DNA of 64,000 nucleotides from the NCBI RefSeq assembly GCF_001949145.1, contig NW_019091357.1:624671-688670 (forward strand), read 5' to 3'. Made by a program: the position numbers and the translations under genes. This document shows, one piece after another, positions 27,801 through 40,600 of this stretch (its first letter is position 1; the number at the start of each line of letters is the position of its first letter). The notes beneath the pieces are model-generated. The model was given only the letters and a program-made list of their open reading frames with translations, ran no database searches and was not told the DNA's origin. Origin of the DNA: Acanthaster planci (lineage: Eukaryota).

Positions 27801-30800
27801 CTACCCCGACCCGCTCAACGACGGATATCCTCGACGGTGCTAACGGGAATTCAGTGACTCCCTTAGTCGAGAGTCGAGACCCTGAGAATCGATACCCATG
27901 TTATGTATAATGCTCGTGCCCGTCGACGGAGACATGCGTCGAAAGTACTCACCAGGACATGTCGATCGGTATCGTACTATTCGAGCTAATTGTGATTTTA
28001 ATTACCTCTGGCAGCGGGTCACGTGAAGTTTAAGACTTATCATCCATATGCATTCATCTGCAACAGGAAAGGAACTGGAAAGAGATAGCTCTGCCTCTAG
28101 GTGGCAGCATAGCAGACAGGTGAAAGAAGTCCACCATTTTCCAATCGTCTACATGCCACTTATCAAAAGTATCCGTCTTCGTAGTATTTGAAGTGTTAAA
28201 GTACACGGGAAAGATAAGAATGAATAAAAATCCACACCTTTATCACATGCAACAGCAGTAGATTTCCTGAAACTGCTTCCGAATATTTTGTCTAGGGTCC
28301 TGAGTGACACAGACTTAGCCACTGTTGTTTCCGGAGAGACACTGGAAAGTCACCTCATACATGTGTAAGTGTGTGCTATTTCGGAAAAAATTATCAGTAA
28401 TCCACCCGGGCCAAAGAGGAAACACGTGGGCTCCACAGCCATTTAGTTTGAGGTGAGTTCGTCTCAGAGGGGGGAACAGAACGGACGAAAATAAAATTGT
28501 TGGTCCTGAGAAGAAATTTTCACTGTGACTAATTCGCAGGAAGGGTATTCAAGCAATCGTTTGAACCAATCAACGATCACCGATCAACGAGGTGCGTTAA
28601 CAAGTGGACACGGCAACTGTGTCGCTGTTTAACAGCGCCCTCTGTGGTGAAAACGTCTACAGGCACAAAATGAAGGGTGTCTTCTCGTGACAGATTTTTA
28701 CCTCGAAATAAAACCAAGACAAACGTCCTTTGTCCACCAGCACTTTCTAAGCTGTGACTGCCCAACCAGCGCCCCAAGCGAAGTGATTCCAAGTTCGAAT
28801 CGGCATGTGCATGCACAAATGCCACACTCTTCACCTTACTAAAATGGACATAATATTGTACGTAAAATATTTCGTTAAAGTGCTATATGTATGTGCAAGT
28901 GCATAGGAACATGTTCTTCGGAGTATTTTAGCCACTCACGGTCACATGGAAATCTTTTGTACTCGTGTCGCTCCTGCTTTCCTCTCTCTTCAACCAAACT
29001 GTTCTATCCAATGTATTCTGCACAAAGCAAGGCCCTGTATGATTAAATCTCGGGCCTTACTGGATGCTATATACTTTTCCAAATCAATCCAGTCTCCCTG
29101 TCGAACTACTTTTCTCTATCCACTCCAACCCCTAATCTGATTTCTTCCATCACGTCAATGTCCCCATCCTTCACAGGACCCTTAAAAACTCTCCGTGTAA
29201 TCAAAGGTTGAAGGCACAGGCAGCACTCGGCCTTGAGTTAAGAGGCATCCCCTCTGTATCCTAATTTTCCTCATCTGTCTGCTGGAGTCCTGGCAAGCAG
29301 ATATCTCAAGGGGGGCTGGTGTCCATTCAGACAGACCGGTTATCTACCGTACCGTCGCTCCTGTCTTCTATCATTCAAGCTTCTCACGAGCGACCTTCCT
29401 CAGACGTCCGGCGCAGCGGTCGAATCATTAACGCACAGGCTGAACAAAGGCCGAGGCACAATTGCAGTACCACGGTGTAGCCCCCTGCCTTGCTTTTTGT
29501 TTTCAATGAAAATCCTCTTCAAAGGAAATTTCTGGTTGACTCTTCAGCGGGCTTTAATAGCTTGGGTCGCTTGAAGAGCCATTTCAAGAAAAATCGATTT
29601 CATGATGTATGCCATCGAGATTAAGTTCAATTAAAATATAAGTCAATTAAAAAAATAACTCAAAGAAAAACCTAAAAATGACTACCCTTCATGTCCAGTG
29701 AGATGCACGAACAACAATGTTTCAAAAATGACAGAATTTGAATCACTGCACCACACTACATGTATTATTAAAAGGACCAATTGACAAAATTATGTCAACC
29801 TCAAAAACAAAAAAAGTCTCCAGTAATATGGCGATTCCTGCGTCACGTGACACGTTGACCACTCCTGGTGAATCCAACTGATTGAAGCGGCTTTCACGGC
29901 AGATAAAAACTGTACTCTGCCATCCACCCGTCCCTAAAAGAGGGAAAAATTGACTTTCCTTGTAAATGTAGTTGGAAAGTTAATGGAAATTAATCGATTG
30001 AAGACAGTGTTAACTTCCGAAGATTCTTGAACAGAAGCACGTGTTCCATAGCTTCTCCTAACCGATCTATGACTTGGCGGGGATCTGGTGCCCCGTAATG
30101 GATAATCCTTTCAGACTGACTTGACATAACCTTGTTTGACTCTGGATAATCTATGATTTCATTTCATGGCATAAGGCTTTGGTACCTCTAACTCTCTCCA
30201 TTGCAACGAGGTGAAGGCAGTCAAGATACATTAGCCGTGAAGGCTCCTTTTCACCCAAGGAGTAAAGAAATGCATATTCGGCAAATCTTTTCTTGTGGTT
30301 CCTGGTGAACAATGTGGCGTACAGGTTCCGCAGAGACTGGGATGACCACCTTAGATTGATCCAAACTCTGGATTTTAACAACTCCCATTATACGCTGTAA
30401 GAGGTTTCCATGATTTTGTTACGAAAGCCTTCTACTCGGATGGGCCAACGGTTTAATCATCTATGGTTTAATAGTGACCCATAAAACCGCCATTTGGTTT
30501 GTGTTTGACCGCGTTGCCACAGTGAGTTTCGTTGGTTACTTATCAGGACTGAAACACTCGAAATATGGCCAAGTGTTATGGATACCATTGAAGTGGCGAG
30601 GAATAAGCGTCTTCCCATGTTGACCTGTTTTTATTTCCCTCGAGATTGAAAAGTGAAGTAACTTGAGAACTTGCAGTTTCGAAGTCCTTGGTAATTTATA
30701 AACACTTCAGATATTCTTTCACAACAACATGCAAACATACCCGAGGAACACATCAGAGTCAAGAAAAGTGCGTCATCTTCAGACAAAAGTAGGTCACTCT

Positions 30801-32108
30801 GTATTGTGGGGTCACTGTTGCACGTATTCAAGGATGTTGTACGATTTTGTTAACGCCTTCTTGAACTTCTTCAGTCATTGTTCAATATCGTCAATCTGAA
30901 CGGCACACAACCGCGACCGTGAAAGCAGACCAAAGACGCAGTCTGCAGTCCCTACTACCTCGGTGTTGTCCAGCTACAACACGCCAAAGAGTCAGCTGTC
31001 AGTCACTTCTACTCGCTGCTGTCCTGACCGTTTAAGGTCTGTTTGAGCCTCGGCTTTCTGACAACAAACGGTGTGACAGCATCCTGTGGTACGGCGTGCC
31101 ACCTGCCAATCCATCAACCAACAAAAATCAGACCTCTCTCTTCCCGTGGCACGGGCGACCACCCGGCCTTTCCTCTGCACAGTTACAAATGGCTAATCCT
31201 CAAGAGGTGGGCAAGAGAGAGCCTGGAACGGAGGCTATGGACTGTGCAGAGGTTGTTGACGTAATAAGGTAGTTCCTTCAGCATTTTCCCCACATTTTCT
31301 ATATTTGATACCTATTTCCCAAACCTGAATTCCCTGCTACTTCACATGGCTCAGCAGGGAATCGGAGATCTAAGTTCTAAGGTACTTGATACCGTTGACA
31401 CTTTTCTTTTGGAACATACGCACACGGACTTCAATCGCTTTAGGGTCATGTTAGTCTAGTGCCCAGACGGAAAGGCGATGCCAAAGCGCTGGAGGCTAAA
31501 TAAGCTTAATGGTTACCAGCTTGTCAGGCAGATCTTAAAGCGGCCGAGTAAATAAAAACTGGTGTTTTCTTCAGAACGACTTAACCGGACAGGCCTTGCG
31601 CCTACAAAGCATGAAGCCACTGTACAAATCAGCCATACCAAAGCTGTTCTCGTAAAAGCCGAATTTGTCTTTCAAGACTGGGTTAATGATTAGCGGCCTT
31701 TAGTGCAGGAGTGTGGCTAAACTGGTATTTTGAAATGGCGGTGGCTACGTGACTGGTGCCGTTGCTGGAATTCACGAACATCGTGGGTCGTCGACTCTAC
31801 GCGTATATCGCGAAGTGATTACAATCAAATGATCATTTAAACCATGGCATTTGAGTGGCTCAAGTAGTTTGACTGCCACAACTAAACAGCAACACTGTAA
31901 GAGAAAACCCTACAGACTACTGTATCTATGAAGTCTGGTTTAAATCTCATTAATCTTCAATCCTCACTTTTGAAAAGAAACGAACTCCAAAAAAAAGTGC
32001 ATATGTGTAGAGAACGAGGTTGTAAACACTCTTTGAATTAAATCAGGAGTATAGTTTTCCCAAAGCCTTTGAACGACTAGCTGAAAATGAAAATAGAAAG
32101 TGCCTTAC

Positions 32109-32387
32109 CTCATTGTTGTAGTTAGCCAGTCTCATGTTCCGTAACTGGTTCAAGTACGTGGTGGTAATCGGCAGGCTGTAATCCATGTTGATATCTCCCA
32201 CCAGGCCGCCACTACTGCTGTTATTATTGTTGCTGCTGCTATTGCTATTGGCCTCCTCGATTGCGTCACCGTTCTCGTGGAGCTCCGCGAGATTCGGCGA
32301 GAGGTGCATGCGCTTCTGGCATTCCGTACAGTTCATGAGGAACCGTGTGACGGCTTCGCGAGGCAGGAACGCGTAGGTCTCTGCAAT
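32109..32387 (-). CDS. NOL4: NOL4-like coding exon 3 (93 codons); gene continues beyond the window start
   Basis: Acceptor gatttttag| and donor GAG|GTAAGG, phase 0/0. Encodes IAETYAFLPREAVTRFLMNCTECQKRMHL...DYSLPITTTYLNQLRNMRLANYNNE. I found no exon for the C-terminal conserved NOL4 region in 1-32108. Confidence 0.93.
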
Positions 32388-33093
32388 CTAAAAATCAACA
32401 GCAGCAAAGACGCATGGTTAATGTAACCAAGTTTGACATTTAGTTCACGTTGCTATTTTCGACGTGTCCGGTAAACGAAATGTCCATTTCTCTTGGGCAG
32501 TCGCGTGAAATGGAGAAACACTGTCAACCCAGCTACCACTTTATCGGCTATCAAGTGCTGTACGAAATGCCAAGCACCACATCTGGTTACAAAATCTATG
32601 CATCAACGTCAACGGAACAATGTCAGATTACCAGGCAGTCTGTGAGCAATACCTGGTCGAGTTCATAAGCCTCGACATGTTACAAAATGTCGGTTTAACC
32701 ACAGTCCTCAAGATGAAGTGGGAGTTGGATGAATCGTTAACGATTACATAGGCCTAATCATTTCTACTCTGACAATTTCTTGCCTTTGGGAACCAGACGC
32801 TCCACCTTCTCCCCACGAAGTTTGAATTTCCTGTGACAAACACGAGTAATGACCCCAAATGTCCTAGATCTTGGATCCAGAATTATTTTCATTTCATAAT
32901 ACGTGAGAGAGAGTCCTAGCGAAGACAACAGTTGGATCCACTAGTTGTTTCTTCGTATTGGATATTGTTTTACTTTGGGGAACCAGACTCATAGAACGAT
33001 ATCACGTTTCTTACTCCCACTGAGCTCAATGTGAGTCTAAGGCCGGTGCCTGAAACAGTATTAGTGCATAAGAAAAGAAAAATGGCCACCCTC

Positions 33094-33462
33094 GGGCAAG
33101 TTCGATCAAGGACTATAGGTAACCATAGTTCGACAAACTCTGATCAAACACAGGCTAGTCGACTATTCGTGACCAGCCTATCGAGGTTGGTTGCATCGTT
33201 GGTTGCCATAAACCGTCTTTAACAGCACAGTGTAGAGAGGACCTGTAGCCAGAGAAATGCTGTAAAAACAGTACATCACTAGTAAACGACCATTTTCACT
33301 CAAATTTTGGCTAATTTGCCCTCCTGTGGCAGCCTTTTCTCCCCTTCGGCCTAATGACCAGACAACGGTTGACAAGGGTTGTTCGCACTTCAACTTCACT
33401 GCACATGCGCTAGGTACGTCCCGAACCAACCATTAACTAGTGGTCCTTGATCGAACTTGTCC
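33094..33462. mobile_element. MITE in NOL4-like intron 2
   Basis: About 20-bp TIRs GGGCAAGTTCGATCAAGGAC / GTCCTTGATCGAACTTGTCC. The 3-bp flanks CTC/CTT are Harbinger-like but uncertain. Confidence 0.7.
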
Positions 33463-34505
33463 CTTGCTGTCTTGCCTGACTAGTCGAGAATTGAGACAAA
33501 ATGTTGATGTCATCTATCTGATTGATAGTTGAGATAGTTGATCAGGGTGCATGGAAAACCACGGCTTAAAGCTATATCCGGAATGGGCAGTGCCCCTGAC
33601 TTTGGGAGTGATTACTTTTGGGGGACAGCGCCCTGTCAAATACAGGCGTCTCATCGGAAGCGATGACATCAGTCACTGTCAACCATATTGTTGTAATAAG
33701 TGCGTCCCTGACTGATCTGCTCGAGGTGAGTTTCATTTCCACTTTCCATTTTTAAATGGCCAACTGGGTCAAATGTTTGAGTCGGGTTTGGAGACAATTC
33801 AACCAGTTTAATGGTAAACACAAGTTAAATCCGTTCCATTGCATGTGACGCGCCAAGCCGGTGTTTATCCAGGGTTTTCTTCCTTTGAAACGACAGAGAG
33901 TTTTTTCTATTCTCCGGAGATTATCATTGCGGTTTTCTCCCAAGAAAATGCCAGCATAAGGAAACCAAGTAGCGTGATGAAGCCTTATATGCAGAAACGA
34001 TGCAGCATGCAAGAATAAAATGAATTCACTTAAACCCGAAATACTAGGTGTCAAGAGTCAACTCACCATCAAAACTGATACCTACATTAACTGCCAATTA
34101 TTAACACTTTGCATGGCAGTTATGGACTTGCAAAACATACCATCAGTTCATTAATGAGCACGATGTTGTCCAAGCAACCGTAAAGACTTATCCCACATGA
34201 GAGAGAGCTACTGCAAGCACAAGTTTCGCAGATTATCAGCAATTAGAAGCGATGTAAAATGATTAGGGCTACTTTCAAAAAGCTGATTGCCGAATAAAAT
34301 CAGCGTTTAAACAAAGAAGCATGCTTGCACCGGTTAGGATTTTAAAATGTGGAGTCAGGACACAATGTTCTGTCGACAAAACCGTTAACACTGAGTACGC
34401 AAAGTTCAAAACCAGACACGACGTGCAACTAGTTCACCATGTTACTTCTAGGAATCCATCTCGTCTTATAACGGACATAAGGGACTGCACGTTCTCTGTA
34501 CTCAC

Positions 34506-34646
34506 CGCCCGGTAGGTTCGTTTCTGACCGGCATGTTTCCCACTACGGCCGTCTGTCCCAACGTGGACATCATGAATAATATCAAAGAAGTCTTCCACCA
34601 CAGCTACTCGCTTAAATCCACGGTCCACAATAGTCCCGTCAGAATC
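34506..34646 (-). CDS. NOL4: NOL4-like coding exon 2 (47 codons)
   Basis: Acceptor ttgttttcag| and donor GCG|GTGAGT, phase 0/0. Encodes DSDGTIVDRGFKRVAVVEDFFDIIHDVHVGTDGRSGKHAGQKRTYRA, with the NOL4 hallmark VAVVEDFFDII...KHAGQKRTY. Confidence 0.95.
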
Positions 34647-37600
34647 CTGAAAACAAGTCAAAGAATGATCACACAGTCCAATAATTAGTACTGGCGTAGA
34701 GTAGCCCTGAATACCAATCGTCTCAGCTGAAGTAGCCAGGTTGAGGAAATCTTTAATAATGTCCAACATCCTGTCTGACTATATTCCATTAGAGGTTGAA
34801 ATTCAAGGCAGAGATAACGCTTTGAACAATTGGGACATGTTAAAGGAGCTATCATGTTGTGTGAGGAAGGGGCGGGGTGGAGGGGGTGGTTTTACTAGGA
34901 CGAACCATGACCCCTATAAATATCAACATTTCCTACCGATTGAAGGCGCTAAATTAAGCCAATTTACAAATGCTTTGTTAATATTTTGACTGATTCCCGG
35001 CAACATATCCCTAAGCGCCCACAATTTGTAAACGTTTGATCCATGCATACGTGCCCCTAGCCCTGCAACCACATAATTCTTCAGCTTGAAAGCCGTGCCT
35101 GATACCTGTCAAGAGAGGGCGCTGCAAAATTTCACTGTCACGCTGTGACAATGTCCGCATTGTTTCAGTATCCTCTCTTATATGCCGTCAGTATAATTTC
35201 TTTTAATAATGCCGAATAGTGGTTTGTTTAACCAAACATCCTGGCTGTTTTGTTGAATCTGAGACTACTAATTAATTTTCTCGTCAAAACATATATTGCC
35301 CTATTCCATATACAGGGCTCTTGATTTTTTAAGAACACAGGATTTTTTAATACAAATTGTAGATCAATGGTAAATGTTTCAATTCAAAAACTACGTCGGC
35401 GGGGCATGTTGTAAAATCATCCTTTCATAGTTCCCCTCTTATACTTTCAGTTGGGAATGGGTTTCTGCCAATCTCTTGAGCTAAATTTTCATATTAAGCA
35501 GCCCTTCAGTGTAATAAACCCTACGTCGACTCAGACATCTCCCTCAGACCAAGGAAGTCCTTTTTGCTACGATGTTTTCCATAACACGGCACACCGACTT
35601 CAATATCATTCCTGTATCGGGTCTCCGCACCTCATTGCTGGCCGGCAGCCAGCGAATTATTATCCCGCGCGCGCTCGTCCAAAAAGATTGCCCACCACAA
35701 AAGGGTCGGTCGAGTGGAAGTGATACGATGCATGAAAGGTATAGCGAGCCGGCTGTACGGTAATTGTTCCTTCGCCCGTTGCCAACGCTACCGGGTCTCT
35801 TGCCTAATTTGACAGTATCCCGCACACACCTTGACTTGTCATGATCTGCAATGTTCGAGAGTTAGAACATTCTTTTGTAAAGAGGGCAGAGGAAAATAAG
35901 AAGATAGAATATGAAATGAAATGGTGATTTTGCTATCTTCTTCCATCGACGACCTGCGCTTAATATTAATGCTGTAATTTATGATAATAGAAGTATTCCG
36001 TTGTTCCATAGGATACAGAGAGCTACATAGGTCTTCACGTACTTGGAGGACAGAAATACAATTTTTTTAAACAGGATTTTTAAATATTTTTAATTGGTGG
36101 GTTCCACTGACAACGTGAACAAAACGCTACATGAATAACAATAGAAGATTAACACTGTGTCTATTTCAAATTCCCAAGTTTTGAAAAGGAATAGTAAGCA
36201 AACACAAAAGTTACACAAAAGATATCTTAATTGATTAATTCTAATACTAATTAGAAAACTATGAAACAAAGCTAAACAGATAGATCAGTAAAAGATGGCG
36301 AGAAGGTAGGGGGAAAGGCTTAGAATTCTGCATTGAAACAACACTGAAACAAACCACTGTAAGATCAGAACTTTGGGTATACATTTTGATATTCAAGCTG
36401 ATATCGCAGACATTGCCGGTTACCAATGCAATACAAAAGTGTGCCCACACGTTCTGATATATTTTGACAACAGTTGCCATGGATCTGGAGATAACAGGAA
36501 AATGTTTTGATAGTCCCGTGAGCTGCCTTTATCGATCATGTTTCCGAATAACAATTATTCTCCTCTGCAAACAGGCTGACACTGTTTTCGTTTCATTGCT
36601 TGGTTGATTTAAAAAGACTTGCATCCGATAAATGTCTTACGGGACAGTTGAGCCTAGGCTGGAAATTTTCATCGAAATTCTCTGTTTAAGTAGTGTATTG
36701 CGAGAAGACTTGCAACTGTGAGCTTAGGACAATTAATTCTGAAACAGGACTACAAAAAAATCACCGGCAAACATTAATCCAAACCCACAAAAGCAGACGA
36801 CTTGCTTTCTCCTGTTTAAATTTAGCCCACAACGGCGGGCTACATTTACCATGCAACTAACGATATCATTCACTTTACTTGTGTTTCAAACGCACTACGC
36901 GTGCAGTGTGACGGCATCACAAGAGAGGCATCCCGTTGCTAGGCGACGTGAAACTACCCTTAGCACCACTTCATGGGCCGGTGATCCTTTTGTCGAAAGC
37001 GAACAGTGCGATTCCACAAAATGCACACCGTGCATATATCTATAGCCAGTGTGGGACACTTGTTATTTGTAATCAATTAATTAGTACGTTGTGGGCGCTC
37101 GGAATGGGATGGCAGAATAAATCATTCAGTGTTTCATTGGATTTGGAGACACAAAAAATGTCGAGCATCAGTTTTGTTCACGTTGTGGTGGGATGAGCAC
37201 AAGATGAAATTACCAGAGGGTATTGTTTTGGGATCGAGGCTTGACTGACGGACGTGACGTCGGGAGCGACAGCGATGATATTGTTCCCACGACGTGACAA
37301 AACACCTGCATCTCGGACGGTCATTAAACAAAAGACGCCGGTGGCCCCTGCAACCACTGAGGAGGAAATCTCGAACCAGACGCAAGGGTGAAACTAACAG
37401 GCCTGGAGTGATCGGGAGGGTGAAGACATTGGGTGTGGTGGGCCTGGTGAATTGGTGACAAAAAGATGACGATAACGGCATTGACCTTTATTGACATCTT
37501 CGATCACCGACCGTCACCGAGGGAACATGTCCTTGACAGTCCGAGTGTGTACACTTGCCTTCGGTAAATATGTCACCCGCTTATATAGGAGTACCAAGCG

Positions 37601-40600
37601 GGAAAAACACTGTCAGTGAAGGTAATTGTAACCTTAAGGACTCACGACACAAGATAAATAAATATTTTTGCAAGGATGACAATGTAGAGAATAGCTCGCA
37701 AACATGAGATCAAATACGGATGCTAGCTATTGAGAGGGTTGATGGCGGTGAGAGGCGTTGGGGGATATGATTGATGGATGTACTGCTACTGGTAAAATCA
37801 TTGTTGACATGAAGAACATTGTATGCCTTAGGTTGGGTAAGGATGACAAAGACCGTAGCGGTTGGTTTCCCATCACTTCCACAGCCACGCCCCGGCCTTC
37901 GAGTCTTATCATCCGTAGCCTCACCCCCCCCAACATGCCCATAAACGAGAGAGACAACAGGTGAATTGCGTCTATATTCAACTGTCCCAGTCCTTGCTGA
38001 AGGGACGCACTGACGCATAAAACACAACATCCATCCTGCGTCTCTCCATTTCGCCGCCTAATAAATCTTCCCGCAACTCACTAATAGCCCAAGCAACCAA
38101 TTTGCCTTAATTGGCTCAGCTCGGCCCAAAAAGAAACGCTGCCGTGCAAGTTGTGCTCTCGGTAGTAAAGCCCTTGTAATTGAGAGAACGTCTTTTGTTC
38201 CTAGCTCTATTAGATCGTTGATGGGGGATGAAGGGACGAGGCAATTACGGGGCATCGCCGACGGAACAAGGGACGAATTTTAGGAAGAAGTTGGGTATGG
38301 GGATGGCGTGTGAGACCGCTCAATGTACCATCGATTGGCCAGTACGTCAGTTACAGACGAAGATAACTCAGGAAGCCCTCTTAGCGTGCAAACATTTCGA
38401 ACAAAATCTCGAGACCAAACAAAAGACAAAGGAAATTACGAAATCAAAGGGGGCTGTTAGCTACTATTATGAACGTGTTTATAGCGTGGGACATTTGCTT
38501 GAAAAGTGGTGCACAGTTATACAAACAATGCTGGTATTTTTGATTCGTTGAAATAATGTAGCATATCTAAAATTTTTGGTTTTATTTAGAATAAGTTAAA
38601 GAAACGTGAAAAAGTACTTAATTATCTTAACAAAGCTTTCATCATTCAAAATGCATATGTAAATCAAAGTTTCAAAAAGAGACACTGAATCCTCGAGCAT
38701 ATATTGAAACTAAAAAGAGCAAGACGGTCATTCTCTTACAATGAAATTTTGGTTCAACCTAGCTCAGGTATGCACATCTTGGAATATCAAGGGAATATTT
38801 CTTTTTTGAAGTCGCTCTAGTATTTTAGATCAAATCAACTACAAAGACGTGTTGGGACCGATCTGCGCGATCTCCCGAACAAGTTGTTGATCCTTTTCCT
38901 GTAGCGAATCTCCAACTTTACTTCCCTTTGTTTCAATAATCTTTCACATCCCTGAAGGAAGAAAAGGTGAAAAGCTGAAGGCATGGTTATCGACAAGTCG
39001 TTTGAAGAGATCGACTTCGTGCAGACCGAACGATCGCGCCCAACAGACATCCCAACATTCTCTGTCGTTAGTTACTTCAATGTCCCGTGTAACGCCTACC
39101 GGCCTCAGGTATGACTAGGCGGCAGCCTGCATGGTTCTTGTATAGAATCTGAGTGCTCTAATTACTGGACATTTTCACGATGTCATTCATCTTTTCTGAA
39201 CCAACTATGTTACGTTTTTATGAATTTGGCTGGATATGCTATAAACAAGTATTATGCACAACGTTTATCTCTTCTTATTTTGAATTTTAAATCCTCTTTT
39301 TTATAATTCTCTATATTTTTTCTACATTCGTTTGTCCTGTCTCAATGTATTTAATCTCTGTGATATATTTCTCCCCATGTATTTTATGTTGTATTCTGTG
39401 TCATATCTTTGTTCGTGTTGCTTGCTGTGGAGGGTATGGAGAGACACGCCCTTTTGACGAAAGTATTTTGAATTCACTTTTGGTCTTTCTCCAAGGCAGC
39501 CTTTCGCTGTCCTTTTCTTCCTCCTGTCTGTATTTACTCTAGGATTTAATGTCTTTTATAGTGAAATAATGTGATTTCTTTATGTGTATCGTATGTTTAT
39601 GTGTTTATATTTTGTAATTTGTCTGAATAAACTATTATTATTATTATTGATATTAAGTGCTGAAAAGACATTGTTGAGACAGCGTGGCGAACAAAGGGGA
39701 AGAATCAGATAAAATGTAGTTTATGGTGAGCATTTTTAATATTCTGAGCAATAATGCACCTACAACACTCGGCATATTAAGCATTACGTGTACAGAACAA
39801 ACCCTCTGGACGGTTTTACTAGGAGGAGAAATTGGTCTTTGCCTGGAGTTTTCCCCGGATCCTCGCAGTCCCGCTCGCTAATGCACGGTCACTCATTTCG
39901 TGTTTATAGGTAACCCCGCACGCAAGCTAAATATTTACCAGGGCTGGTAGGCACATCAATATTAACCAGCACGCCTCCCTGGGATTAAGGCTGCAAAATA
40001 CAGAATATATACTCAACGGTCGCTGCAGTGTTCGTGGACTGCATGAGAGCTGAACCAGTGTCGTAGAAAATTTTGTTTGGTATAAATTTTGAGCAGCTCG
40101 CGTGTGAAAACGCACGGGCAGAAGTATGTAAAGTATCGGACCACCATAAATCCACGTCCTCTGATTGGGGGATTGTTGATTACGTGTCATTGAACTATCG
40201 TTCTATTCATAGGTACCCATTGAATACAACTTCATTCATTATAGTGATTCCTGCCCCAATTTCATATATCTCATTCCCAGTAACTTAGCAGGAAAATAAT
40301 GTAGCAACGGAAACCAATCTAACAATGCATTGTTGTACCAGTGGATGGTTCGGAATCGAATCTTTTGCGCAAAATGACGGATCATACGCGAGCGGGACCT
40401 TTTGGTTCTCCTAACAGAAGAAGATTTGTGCCGTGATTTAAAACAAATAATGAATGTTTCACATTCGTGTAATGGTAAGAGGACTAATGAGGAGAGAGGT
40501 GAGATGTTCGATCCGACGAGGCCAAGCCGAGTAGTACCGAACATTTCCTCTGTTACCGAATGACATTATTCTTAGCATTACACTCATAAACATTAATTAT

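Noticed and set aside
38850..39044. Weak inverted repeat (TGTTGGG..CGATC / GATCG..CCCAACA)
   Set aside because: Too short and mismatched, with no TSD, to call an element.
39240..39650. T-rich tract ending in AATAAA plus (TAT)n, as a LINE 3' end
   Set aside because: No reverse-transcriptase remnant is recognisable upstream.
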